Assembly (NCBI RefSeq): GCF_006345805.1
Contig: NC_043014.1
Span: forward strand, 53,010,001-53,074,000
Origin: Octopus sinensis
Taxonomy: Eukaryota
Direction: 5' to 3'
DNA length: 64,000 nucleotides
Shown piece after piece: positions 27,766-40,730 of this stretch (position 1 is the first letter of the stretch; the number at the start of each line of letters is the position of its first letter). Made by a program: the position numbers and the translations under genes. Below the pieces are notes generated by a model. It was not told the origin of the DNA and made no database searches. It saw only the letters and a program-made list of their open reading frames with translations.

Positions 27766-29029
27766 CAGGGTGTTCCCCCCAAAAAATTTATACACTTGAG
27801 CAGCTGATAATTCAATTGATGTGTTTATTTATTTTTTTCCAGATGAAACCCAATGGAATTAATGATGGCAGATAAACTAAGCTTTGAACAAAGGAAATTC
27901 ACTCTGAAATGCTACTGGAAGTGTGAAAACGTAGTTGAAGTGCAAAGAGAGTTTAGGAGGGAGTTTCAAGCAAATCCACCAACGCGACTAACCGTCACTC
28001 GAATTAGAGATAAGTTTGAAGCCGATGGAACTGTTCAGAATGTTCATGAGAAGCATTCCAGAAGACCAAGAACAACAACAATCCCCTCAAACCAAGAAGG
28101 AGTATTGGAAAGGAATCACCAAAGTCCAAGAAAATCTGTGCAGCAAGAGAGTCGTGAGGCAGGTATTTCAAAATCTTCTGTCCAACGCATTTTGAAGCGT
28201 TGTCAATGGAAAAGTTACCTTCCAAGATTAGTCCATGCTATTAATGACGATGGTCCAGACCGAAGAGTGCAGTATTGTGAGTGGTGCTTGGTGCGATATG
28301 TAGAAGAAGCACATTTACCAAAAAAGATTGTGTGGAGGGATGAGGCCACATTCAAATTAAATGGTTCAATTAACCGCCACAATTGCACCTACTGGGGATC
28401 TGAAAATCCGCATGTTATGGTGGAACAACATGTTAATTTACCAGGAGTTACAGTGTGGTGTGGCTTATCATCAAGAGGATTAACTGGGCCATTCTTTTTT
28501 TATGCTACTCTACTTGCTCCCGTTTACTTGAACTTGCTGCAACAGTCTCTCATGCCAAGCTTTAGAGAAGACTTTGAAGATGAGGAGTTTTATTCTCAGC
28601 AAGATGGGGCACCCCCACACTACCATCGCGATGTTAGATCCTTCCTTGATGAGATCTTGCCAAACGAAGGGGTTTCATTTATTACCTGCCGTGTTCACCT
28701 GACCTCACACCACTAGACTTTTTGTGTTATGGGGATACCTAAAAGACAAAGTCTACGTTATGAAACCTGCAACAGTCACTCATTTCAGAGCAACCATTGA
28801 ACGAGAATGCATACAAATACCAAACGAATTGTTTCGTGATGTTTACGATTCTATTGCTTCACTTTGTCAGCAGTGCCTGGACCAGAATGGACGTCAGCTT
28901 GAAAACAGGCTGACAAAACAATAAATTAAGGTCTGTAGATTCTATAAAATTTCGAAAATTAAATGTATTTTAATAAACACCTACTTTACAATTATATAAA
29001 GTGTGTATACATTTTGGGGGGACACCCTG
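27766..29029 (+). mobile_element. Near full-length Tc1/mariner DNA transposon, rosa-like (DD41D inferred), transposase frameshifted near the C-terminus
   Basis: TIRs cagggtgttccccccaaaaaatttatacac (27766) and gtgtatacattttggggggacaccctg (ends 29029), with TA on both sides inside (TA)n. ORF 27853..28716 ([20 protein letters not shown]) is followed by an out-of-frame SPDLTPLDF and then ORF 28724..28924 (LWGYLKDKVY). Confidence 0.93.
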
Positions 29030-29891
29030 TATATATATATATATATATATATATAATACTTTGCATTGAATAATTCCGAGTTAATAGAAGATTCTTGGTT
29101 ACATACTTGCTGTGATATTAAAAGCAAACTGAAACTTTAACCAAATACAAACGAAAGATCAAACAACAAGAACGTGTAAAGACTTGGTTGGTATTTATTT
29201 AATTTAGAATTATTTTGGCCTTATAAAGTTCATTGTGAACTTCGCCCTTTTTTTTTTTAACAACAATCGGAGGGCGAACCGCTGTCGCCACTTTCACGTA
29301 GCTTTGCCACAATTTTCTTGTTTCCACCAGTTTTCAGCAGAAATTCAATAAGAAGAAGAACGATAACTCTTTAGTAAGGTAGACCAAGGGAGATAACTAT
29401 TCCTTGTCCTCACAAAAGTAAATGGAGAAGATATTTTCTTAGACTCAATGGATGGAGGTTAAATATAATTTATGGGAGGCGACAGAATGATTTCACCTCT
29501 CCTTATATATTCTTCTTCCTCTTTTTTCATTTTTCCTATTTCTGTTTTATTGTGTTTTTATTTTATTTATTCTTTTCCACATTCCTCTATCAGCCATTGT
29601 ATTCCACTCTGATACGGGAATTTAAATAAATAAAATAGAATAAAATAATAATAATGATAATAAAAGTACAAAATCACAGTCGATATCTGCATACACCTTC
29701 TGAATATCCGAAAAGGTATATATTGGAGGGAAATCAATATTAAATCTATGCTGCTTTCCAATTAATGGTTGTTCGAGAACAAAATTTGCTTCGTGGCTGC
29801 AAACCCAGGTCCAAAATGTTTTTACAAACAAGGTTGATTTTACTTTTCAATCTTAATATCAAAGCAAACACAGGAACAGTAATATCTTTTA

Positions 29892-29943
<52 letters not shown>

Positions 29944-29949
29944 GATGGA

Positions 29950-31200
29950 AAAGTAATGCATCAAGTGATTCCAAAGTTTTTTTTTTTTATCCTCGCTCAT
30001 TTTGGCGATGAAGTTCTCCAAGAGGATGTCCAAAATTGTTTTCATTGCACAAAGTGTCTTATGTCGATGCGTTACAGCAGAGTGTGTCAGGCGATGTTGC
30101 ATCATTGTGCTACGGAGTCAGGTCTTCAAACGGCAAAGTCTGCTGAACACAGGCTCGCAACATAATGCAGCAGACACAGGCTCGCAACATGATGCAGCAG
30201 ACACAGGCTCGCAAGATGATGCAGCAGACACAGTCTGGCAACATGATGACATTTTCATCACAACTAATGGTCCATAGCGTTTTCAGAAGAATGGGGACAT
30301 TGGTAAGCAAAGCCCAATGCCTCAGTGACCATGACAACCGTAGATCAAACATCTTGGCGGTCAAGTTCCAAGGAGTGGTTTCCACAGTGTACAAAATATG
30401 TACCAGAAAACATGTTTTTTAATTTCTTCTGTAAGTCTGAAATGTTTCTCCTCATGGTACATGCACCGTCAAAGGCAAACGCAGCATAATTTTGAGCCCA
30501 GCTCAATGTTTGGGCAACAAAAGCATCCAGGATCACCATAATCAGCGTCTCCGAAGTGTGCTCAGGAGAAAATCTAAATGGACAACCTGGTTTTCAGAAA
30601 CATAATGACAATAATTGATTCTTGTTCCATGCCAGAGCAATCACATATATTAATACCAATAAACATGGAATCTTCCAACCTTTTTTCTGATCTCGTTTAG
30701 GGAGTTATGACCATACGCCTCTAGGATTTCATTTGTATGATACCAGAAAGGACATTCATTCATCATTTAATCCGCGGACTTTCTTCTGCACCATTTTCTT
30801 CAGCGAGTTCTTTTATGAGATTTACAAAGTTTCCTCTGACATTTGTTAAATTTCTCTTCAAAGATGGATCTAGTCATTTCTTTTATCTTTCACCAAGGAT
30901 ATTCCTGAATCTTTCAACAATGGAACTGCAAACTTCAGTTCTTTTACTAAGGATTTCCTCAGCTCTCTAATCATGGAAGTGCTAACTACTTTTATCTTTC
31001 GCTAAGTATGTTCTTTTATTCTTCCATGAACTGGTAACCACTGATATCCTTTATTAATGATATTCCGTAATTCTTGCTTTTTACAAAGACGGAATTTATT
31101 GATTTATATGGAAATCTTTGCTCGATAACAAATGATCCACGTGCTGAGCTTTTCTTGAAACAACTATAATAAACTTTACGCCAGAATGTAAAAATGAACA
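29950..31200 (-). mobile_element. Degenerate hAT transposase relic (ZMYM1/ZNF862-like, DUF4371 region)
   Basis: Minus frames give VRGNFVNLIKELAE (about 30800) and AFAFDGACTMRRNISDLQKKLKNMFSGTYFVHCGNHSLEL (30345..30539), matching the DGA..M.G..GV...L.....Y.HC..H.L.L motif. Many stops. Confidence 0.7.
30146..30250 (+). repeat. 27-bp minisatellite, about 4 copies, within the hAT relic
   Basis: Unit gacacaggctcgcaacatgatgcagca starts at 30146, 30173, 30200 and 30227. Confidence 0.9.
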
Positions 31201-31598
31201 AGACAAATGAAAATATACAAAATAAAGCAATTGCCTTCGTATCATGATTTCGTTGTTAACACTTGCAAAATGCAAAATGCAAATATCTGCAACTCTTCAG
31301 CGTCGTCTGTCGCATTACAAAACATATTTCACAAAACTAAACACAGAAACGTTCACCCGAAAGAAAACGCCTTTTTACATTCTGGCGTTTTTGCTGAGAT
31401 ATTTTCTTGAGACACACTCTTCGTGGTAAAGCGATTTGACGTCTATCTTTAGCATATTAGGAATCCACTTTAGTGGTCATTTCTCTTATTAATTGTTATA
31501 TAATTTTTAAATCTTCGGATTTTTAAAAATATGCTAGACCAATAGTTTAAATTGATGGTAATTGACTGATATCAATTTCTACCCTCATTAATTAATTT

Positions 31599-31630
<32 letters not shown>

Positions 31631-32170
31631 TGTATGTATGTATGTATGTATGTATGTATGTATGTATGTATGTATGTATGTATGTATGTATGTGTGTGTG
31701 TATGTGTGTATGTGTGTATGTATGTGTGTATGTGTGTATGTGTGTGTGTGTATGTGTGTATGTGTGTATGTATGTATGTATGTATGTGTGTATGCATGCA
31801 TGTATGTATGTATGTATGTGTGTGTATGTGTGTATGTGTGTATGTATGTGTGTATGTATGTATGTATGTATGTATGTATGTATGCGTGTATGCATGTATG
31901 TATGTATGTATGTGTGTATGTATGTATGTATGTGTGGATGCATGTATGTATGTATGTATATATGTGTGGATGCATGTATGTATGTATGTATGTTTCGTAT
32001 GTATGTATGTATGTTTTGTATGTATGTATGTATGTATGTATGTATGTATGTATGTATGTATGTATGTATGTGTGTATGCATGTATGTATGTATGTATGTA
32101 TGTATGTGCGTATGCATGTATGTATGTATGTATGTATGTGTGTATGTATGTATGTATGTGTGTATGTATA
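31599..32170. repeat. Large (TATG)n/(TG)n microsatellite of about 570 bp
   Basis: Direct reading; it is the source of the 180-220 aa MYVC/HTYI ORFs in the track. Confidence 0.98.
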
Positions 32171-32305
32171 TACGAGTGAGTAGAAAAACGAAAGAAAGGT
32201 ACTCAACACATTTATTGGGAGTTACATGTATATACCGAAAGAGTTTGATTCAGACTCCTTGGTACTCTGAGTTTTAAGTGTGTGACTAGCCTTCGGCCAC
32301 TGGGG

Positions 32306-32389
<84 letters not shown>

Positions 32390-32460
32390 CCTTATCTACC
32401 TACCTACCTACCTACCTACTTACCTATCAATCTATCTATCTGTCTGTCTGTCTGTCTATA
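32306..32460. repeat. Compound (TCTA)n-(CCTA)n-(TCTG)n microsatellite
   Basis: Direct reading. Confidence 0.95.
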
Positions 32461-33672
32461 TATATACACAAAATATGGAGGTTTAGTTCAGAGGTGATCT
32501 AAACGATTAGGTACGCTAGGTAATTGGTTGCAACGGATTACTGGGGATCCAAGGTTATAACCGAGACAGTAGTTATGGAGCCATTGCAGATTTCCGATGC
32601 AGCGGATATATAATTGTTAAAGAGGACAACAAATGTTAAGGCAAAGCAAACTTCTCAAGTCGTATACAATATTATTAAAGGAAGAAATTCAAAATCTTAC
32701 AGCTGTTTCTGGGGTGTCCCCGAGTATAGGCTATTCGGTCATCAGAGACAAATAGGGGGGGGGGGGGGTAAGGAAAATGAGAATGGCATATATTAATGAG
32801 ATAATGACATAGAGGAAGAGAGTAAAAGAAAGAAGAAAAAAGAAGCATAAAAGTTCATGGTTCAACTTTCCGAAGTTATAGAAACCAAAGCATGAGTCTG
32901 TAGGTTCAATCCTGCGTAGATCCATGAGCGTAAGTCCTTAGGTGCAGTCCTTCGTGTATCTATGTTCAATAACCATTCGGTTATTGAACGTTGATATGTT
33001 CGCATCTGAACTAAAGCATCCTCAACATTAAAATTCAAATTGCATCTATTTATAATTTTAATTTTAATGTTGATGATGATTTACTTCAGTAATATATTTT
33101 TCTATGGATTTGGGGGGTGGGTTTCATATTATATATTTTAGTTCTTTATTCTTGTTTTCTAATCCTGGGAAAGGTAAGTAGGGAGAGCAATATTGAATTT
33201 TGCACCCTCACAAAATTAAAAGGGAGTGCAAGTGCACCCTTTGTTCTCGGGACCTTGTCTGTGTCTAGGGTACAGGCATATCTGTGTGGTTAAGAGACTT
33301 GCTATTCAGTTACCTTTTACCGGAACGAGTTCTTACAACGCAAATCCTGCGGAAATAGAAACGTCTTCAACACAAATCTTAAGAACGGAATTGGTCAGAC
33401 ATAAACTGTTGGAATCAATCGATTTCCACAGCTTATGTTGTCCGTATTTTAGGCTGGTAATCTAAATCCACCCGGTTTAAAACCAGAATCTGGCCATTGC
33501 GTGTCTTTAGCAGAGTCCGGCCTCTGCTGTGAGCTTTCGAATCAGTTCTCTGGATCGAGGATAACTCATATTTTATTCTCGTACCAACATGTACAATTTC
33601 AATGAACAATATCAGTTACTAAAGAAGTTGGACTAATTTACGAGTTGCTTCCAGTGGAATCTTCGCACGCGC

Positions 33673-33703
<31 letters not shown>

Positions 33704-34795
33704 TGCGTGTGTGTGTGTGTGTGTTGTGTGTGTGTGTGTGTGTGTGTGCGTGTGTGTGTGTGTCTAAATGTCTAAATGTATATATGTCACTCTCTGAGTA
33801 TACATGCACGTAGTCACATACATTGAACCGCAAAAGAAAAGCGAGCTATAGAGTCTGTCCTTCACACTTGACCCAACTGACCTTTCAGAATATGGTTGCT
33901 GGGGTGAAGGGGGCGGCTGCCCCTGCATCCAGTTGGTACTTATTGTAGATGAGTAGATGTGGACAACATGAAACGAAGTGCTTTGTTCAAGAATACAATA
34001 CAAAGTATGGCCCAGGAATTGAAACCACGATCTTCTGATTGGGAACTGAACGCTCTAACCACAAAGCCAGGCAACAACCCAGAGATAGAACACACAGTCG
34101 AACAAGAAGTCCCTGTGTGATCGACCAAACCACTAGAAAGAGCAACTAAAATCTCCCTCAAATCAAACCCTTCTGTCTAAAGAAACCGAAACGCTACATG
34201 GGATCACATGACCTTGGGTACATGATACCTAGAAGAAAGAATAACAACAGCACTGCTATGGTTAGAATAATCCGATATCTGCTCACACAGTAACAAGGAA
34301 GTGTCTATTAGAAAACAGTCCTGGATTTACTATATCCGAAAAAAAAAAACTCCGCCGCATGGTCATGTGTGGAGCGCCTTTTGTTAATAGATCTGCTCGA
34401 TTAGGGTTGTTCTGGCGTTGATTGCAAAATTTTACTGCTTCAAGATATATAACCTACAGTTACCTCCCTTTAAACGTTTATATTTTTGATGCTTTTTTTT
34501 CGATTTAAAACATTTTTCATTCACTATTTTTCGTTCTTCCTTTCTTTCAGTCATTCGTATTTCCTTCCTTCTTCCTCTCACCTTTCTTTTCTTTTTCATC
34601 TATCGTTCATCTCTTTTATATTTTAAAAAGTGTTCCTATTGTTGTAGAGTCCGCTCGAACGGACAGCCAGTGGCTACAAATATTACTTGTCAGTACAACT
34701 ACTGCGTTGATCTCTTAGATTTTAGAACTAGCATTTTTGCTTGTTACACACACACACACACAAGATATATATTATATTATATATATATATATATA

Positions 34796-34837
<42 letters not shown>

Positions 34838-34894
34838 GTGTTGTATATATATATATATATGTGCGTGTGTGTGTATACATATATATATTTATAT

Positions 34895-35600
34895 ATATAG
34901 CTAATGTAGGATAAAAAATCTTTTCGAGAAAAAAAGCATTTTTCGTCTAATTAGGGAGCTGGAGGTGAACTTGTAGTGCTGAAGATGGGCGCCACGTTGT
35001 TGGTTGGGTAATTTCAGCTGGGTTGCCTCGTTGAGCTGGTGTATTTGCTGAACGTAAAGCTCTGCATAGATAGTGAGGTTGTTTTCAAGTATTTCGTAGT
35101 GGATCGTGCCAAACACAGATCCTTGTCTCGCATGGATGCAGATCTTGGCTCGAGGTGTTATTTGCATGTTGAAATCCAGCTATTCTTTCCTCTGCTTCAT
35201 ATTGACGTAAATACACCATTTTTCATCGTCGGCCAAGACGCTGTAAAAGAATCTTTGAGTTCGCGACCAACCTGGTATCGAACGAGCAAACTGTCGACGA
35301 TAGAAGAGCGCTGAGATTTTGTTCTCTCGTTCAGAGCGTGTGGCAGCCATGTACCGAGTTTATGGACGTTGCCCATCGATTGAAGCTGATGGGTGACAGT
35401 GTCATGGGAGCATTCCATCTTTTAGGCCAATTCCGAGTGAATTGATGAAGATCTTCATTGATTGAGCCGGTTCAATCGATCCTCATTCAACTGAACAGGA
35501 TGGTTGGAACATGAAAAGGTTGAGGGATCGAATTTTTTGAATTGGGAAAACCATTTCTGTGCAGTCCTTTAGCAACCTTCTCTGTACACAACACAAATGT
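34895..35600 (-). mobile_element. Degenerate mariner (Mos1/Hsmar-like) transposase fragment
   Basis: Minus frames give QKWFSQFKK (HTH), MGNVHKLGTWLPHALNERTKSQR (WVPHEL motif) and GTIHYEILENNLTIYAELYVQQIHQLNEA...LQH. Frameshifted. Confidence 0.85.
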
Positions 35601-35719
35601 TTTGGGAAGTTTTGCAGGAGTCTAAGCAGGCGTCCAGAATGCTTTTTTCTCTTCGACTCGGCACTCGATCGTCATACATCTGAAAAAGAGATAAAATTTC
35701 TTTGATTTTCAAAACCATA

Positions 35720-35819
35720 NNNNNNNNNNNNNNNNNNNNNNNNNNNNNNNNNNNNNNNNNNNNNNNNNNNNNNNNNNNNNNNNNNNNNNNNNNNNNNNNN
35801 NNNNNNNNNNNNNNNNNNN
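35720..35819. other. Assembly gap (100 N)
   Basis: Run of 100 n, flanked by simple repeats on the right. Confidence 1.
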
Positions 35820-35869
35820 TCGATATGTAAATATATATGTATCTCTATACGTATATATATCCCTATATC

Positions 35870-35903
<34 letters not shown>

Positions 35904-35928
35904 GATGATTCTCTAGATGATAGATAGT

Positions 35929-35961
<33 letters not shown>

Positions 35962-36039
35962 TACATACATACAATACATACATACTACATACATACATAC
36001 CATACTACATACATACATACATACATACATACATCATAT

Positions 36040-36570
36040 ATGTGCAGAATATAAGCTACTGGAAAGACTCAAGAGATTAAAACTCTATTCCTTGGAGCGT
36101 AGGCGAGAAAGATATGCCTAATAATACATCTGGAAGATCCTGGAGGGCTTGTCCCAAACTTTGGCATCGAGAGTTACACAAATGCCAGAACTGGGCGCCA
36201 CTGCGTGGTGCCTAGGACTCCAAATTTGCCATCAAGATGTAGGACAAGATACTGTGATAGCCTGGGCTTCCAAAGCCCACAGCTCTTCAATATCCTCCCG
36301 AAGAACCTAAGAGACCTGCATGGGATGGATGCAGATGTCTTTAAAATGAAACTGGATCTCTTCCTGTCAGGTGTCCCAGATGAACCAACTTCACGGCAGG
36401 AGGTGCAGAAGAGGGCAGCTGCATCGAACTCTCTCATGCACCAAATGGCAGTTGCTAAAAAGCATTCGTGAAGTAAAACCATGTAGCAACACCAAATGGC
36501 GGTGCCCCAGCATGGCCGCAGCTCGTGAGCTGAAACTGGAATCAATCAATCAATCAATCAATCAATCATA
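36040..36570 (+). mobile_element. 3' end of a CR1/L2-group LINE with 3' UTR and (AATC)n tail
   Basis: Frameshifted SYWERLKRLKLYSLERRRERY..IWKILEG, then ORF 36205..36471 (QLFNILPKNLRD...FKMKLDLFLSGVPDEP...RAAASNSL). The tail is (aatc)n at about 36540-36567. Confidence 0.85.
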
Positions 36571-37578
36571 TATGCATATATATATACATATGCATATATA
36601 TATTATACATATATATATATGCATATATATATATACATATATCTATATACGCATATATATATATACACGCATATATATATATATATTATATATATATATA
36701 TCTTATATATATATATATATAGCATATATACGTAATACAAGAGAGTTACACTATGTGGTCGACTCTAGCGCTAAAAAGATCCGCAATTTTCTCACCTTAT
36801 TAGTCGATTATTTACATTCTATATACATATATATATACACATATATATATATACATACATGTATATACATACATATATAATATATGCATACATATATACA
36901 TATATATACAATATATACAATATATATATACATATATATATACATATATACACCTATATATATATACATATTATATATATACTACCTATAATATATATAT
37001 TCATACATACATACTCTATATTCTACATACATACATACATATACATATATATATATATATTCATACATACATATTATAATATATATATTCATCCATACAT
37101 ATATATATATATATATACTCTTTACTCTTTACACTTTTACTTGTTTCATCATTTGACTGCGGCCATGCTGGAGCACCACTTTTAGTACTTATTCTATCGG
37201 CTCTCTTTGCCGAACCGCTAAGTGACGGGGACGTAACACACCAGCATCGGTTGTCAGTATGCTAGGGGGACAAACACAGACACACAAACCACAACACACA
37301 TATACATATATATACATATATACGACAGGCTTCTTTCAGTTTCCGTCTACCAAATCCACTCACAAGGCATTGGTCGGCCGGGGCTATAGCAGAAGCACTT
37401 GCCCAAGATGCCACGCAGTGGGACTGAACCCGCAACCGTGTGGTTGGTAGCAAGCTACTTACCACACAGATATATATATATTCATACATACATATATATA
37501 TATATGTAATATATATATATATTATATATATATATATACATATATATATAATATATATATATACATATATATATTCAT

Positions 37579-37612
<34 letters not shown>

Positions 37613-37649
37613 ATTAGGAATATATATACATGTATATAATATATATATA
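36568..37649. repeat. Degenerate (TA)/(TACA) arrays surrounding a SINE copy
   Basis: TA-rich arrays at 36568-37115 and 37468-37649, with a minus-strand SINE at 37130-37470. Confidence 0.9.
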
Positions 37650-37838
37650 CAGAGTTATCCCTCGACTAATGCGTGTGTTGCGCCCCCACCCCCGCGATAG
37701 ATGAAAATCTACGAATTATTATTTTAATAATTTGTATATATTTTATTGTAAATGCAAAACAACATGATGTAAGCTTAAATAATAAACCGCGATAGGTGAG
37801 CCGCAATAGATGAACCGCGATATGGCAAGGGTTTACTG
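37650..37838. mobile_element. Tigger/pogo-like MITE with TA target site
   Basis: ta|cagagttatccctcgactaatgcg ... cgcgatatggcaagggtttactg|ta. The right end fits the Tigger-type TIR; ccgcgata repeats internally. Confidence 0.65.
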
Positions 37839-40379
37839 TATATGCTTGGACCGCTGAAGTCTACAAGTTTTTTTCTTCTCTCTCTGTTTATTTTCTTTTT
37901 TGAAGAGCTTAGGTTTGAAACGTCAAAGACTTTTTCATTTTCCCGGGCCTCAAACTAATACACTTGGTTGCTGTTCATACACCTGTCTTCGTCTTTTCTT
38001 TTTCTGTGAATTTTAATTATGTGTGTGTGTGTGCTCGCGCGCGCGTGCGTGTATGCATAATGTGGTCGCACGAATCTGAGATGTAATAATAAATCAACTC
38101 TGGTAAGAATCCTCTTGGAATAGTTACTGGACAGATCTTGACCAGTTCTGAATCAAAATTGTAATTCCAATGGAACAGAGCTTAGCATCGCAAAAGGCGT
38201 TTATATATAATGCCTGGTGTGCGTGTGAACACAAACATGAATAGGCATATCAATGTATAAGGATGTGTATATGTTTCAAAATAAACCCGTATGAGTGTGT
38301 TTGTGGGTGTGTATATCTGTGCATATCCAGATAAAAATATTTATAAACTTTACGGACACAAAGAGATCCCTACAGTAAATCCAGTGAGATATACCTCCTC
38401 GTTGTGGATGAAATCACCTTATGTAGGCATGTAATGAATTCCTTACATGTCTACCTAACATGTAAATCTGTAATTCCTATTAGCAAATGAAACACGTGTA
38501 ATGGAGAATAAATAATACCAAAAAAATTTCCAGTTTCCTTTTATGTTGTATCCAACACACACGAAAGTATGGACTAAGAGAAGTATGCTCTTCTTTTTCC
38601 TCGTCATAACGAGTAGCACCGTCTGAGCGAAAGTGAAGTCCACTGCAGCGTGGCTGGAGTCTGTGACGCTGGTGTGTGTAGTGTGAGAGGATTACGAATC
38701 AAGAAAAGGTAGAATAAAAAATACGCTAGAATTGTTATGTTCATGTATTTTCAGATAGATGCTGCCGTTTCTTTTTCCTGTGTTGTTACAATTGATTAAA
38801 ATACTCGAGTCCAGTGCCCCAGCTTGGCCGCAGTTCAATGACTGCTACTACTTAAGAATCGATGGAAAAAAATTCTTCCAAGGGAGATCACTCTAAATTA
38901 TTTTAGGCTTTAATGAATAAGTTACTTCCCTTGAAAAACTTGAGCCGAGACTTTAAGATGGAAAGTCTCGGCCAATATTTACAGAAACAGTCTACCTTGA
39001 GCTAACTTATCTAATGTGACCTTTTTGATAATGACCGTTTGGCTGCTTTTTTAGGAGCTCTTTTGTCAACGCATAACATACTTTCAAACATAGTGAACAC
39101 GATGTGAAGTTTTAATTCCCCCCCCCATCCGAACTGAATGAAATCAACTACTACTACTACTTCTACTACTACTACTACTACTACTACTACTGTCAGTTCG
39201 CAAGTAGAATCGTCAGAACACAGCACAAAATATCTGTTAGCATTTCGTGTCTTCACAGTCTGGGTTTCAATTCCGTCGATATCGACTTTGTCTTTCTTCC
39301 TTTCGGGATTAATAAAATAAAAACCTGTTGTCCAGTGAGGGCGACTGACCCCACCCCGACCCCCCCCCCCAAACTTTCAGCCCTTGTGCCTATAGTAAAA
39401 AAAAAAAGAATTTTTATTGGATTTCCAATTTAGGCAAAAGACTATCGATTTTGATGGGAGGGGATGGGTACTTATTTCATCCACCCCGAAAGGATGCTTG
39501 GGCAACTTGACTTAAAGTTCTGATCCTTAACTTTCTGGGTTCAAATCCTGCCGAAGTGAACTTGCCTTCGGGGTCGATGAAGTACCAGCTAAATACTAGC
39601 GTTCGATTCCAATCTCTGGAAGAAACTGCGGCGGGCGGACCAACAGAACTCGAGGGAGATCTTACGTTACGACTGCGATGACAACTTCTTTAGCAGTTGA
39701 GAGCCAAGACTGGTTTGTATTTTACGTAATATATATACATATATATTTCTGATATATATGTATTATATATTTATGTCAATAACGAAAACTAGCTTCATTA
39801 GACTCGTACTTTAATATTAGGTCGTAGTCCATCAGACGCCCTCTTTGCAGCATTTAAACAAGTGTTTCATGAATCTCAACATTAATTCCTACATAGAATG
39901 TGTGAAGAAATACTTTACAGGGTTGGACACAATAATAGCAGAATCTGGTTATACGGAAGTTTTTTGTTTTTTTTTATGCGTTATTCGTTCACCTTTAGCA
40001 TCACTCTCAGCTTTAATTGAATCGAGGAATCGACTTGTACAGGTTCTAAACGGTTGTGAGGGGAATTCGGAGCCATTCTTCAAAAAATATCTGGATTTAT
40101 GGCCAAAGGAAGTGGTTTTCACTTCCTGCTCCAAAATGCACCATAAATGTTCGATTATATTGGGGCAAGCTGAAGGGAATCCAAGTGATCGGCTGTTTTG
40201 CCGTCTTTGAACTAATTTGGAATAGTATTAACTGCGTGAATCGGCGACATTATCGCCCTGGAAGATGGCGCTCACATCAGGGAGCAATGTTTATACCATA
40301 CGAGTACGATGGTGAGCCAAAACACTCAGTTTTTGGTGTTAATTCTGCCATGTAGAACAACTGAAATAGCTGCCTAAAT

Positions 40380-40730
40380 CACCCATGCTTCTCGGTTGGG
40401 GCCAAAGTGTCGAAACTCCTTCGGTCTGTCTTTAGACAAATTTGGCCCGAATTGGAGAATTTCATCCAAGATGACATTGTTGCGTTTAGCTTTTGACCAC
40501 TTTTGTTAAATGGGGGAAATGGTGTGCAGACTCTCAATATTGATGGGAGATGGAAGAGGTTTACCACTTGCAGGCTTCTCATGGAAGCCACTCGCAAAAA
40601 GAAAGGATACGGTGTATAGTGTAGTCCCAGATAGCCAGTGCCTATAATTCGGTAAACAGAAACTGTTTGTGCGTAAGAGTGATACATGGATACATTTATC
40701 TAAGTTCATATTGACCCCCATTTAAAAACC
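40380..40730 (-). mobile_element. Old CR1/L2/Jockey-group LINE RT C-terminal remnant
   Basis: Minus frames: GVNMNLDKCIHVS...YRHWLSGTTLYTV (like W...FN.DKC...Y.L.G..L..V) and KSGQKLNATM...LKT (like K..A.lg...R). Heavily degraded. Confidence 0.45.

Noticed and set aside
31572-32277. ORFs of 180-223 aa (MYVC.../HTYI...)
   Set aside because: Translations of a (TATG)n microsatellite. The same applies to the YIYI, CVCV, RERE and RACV ORFs elsewhere.
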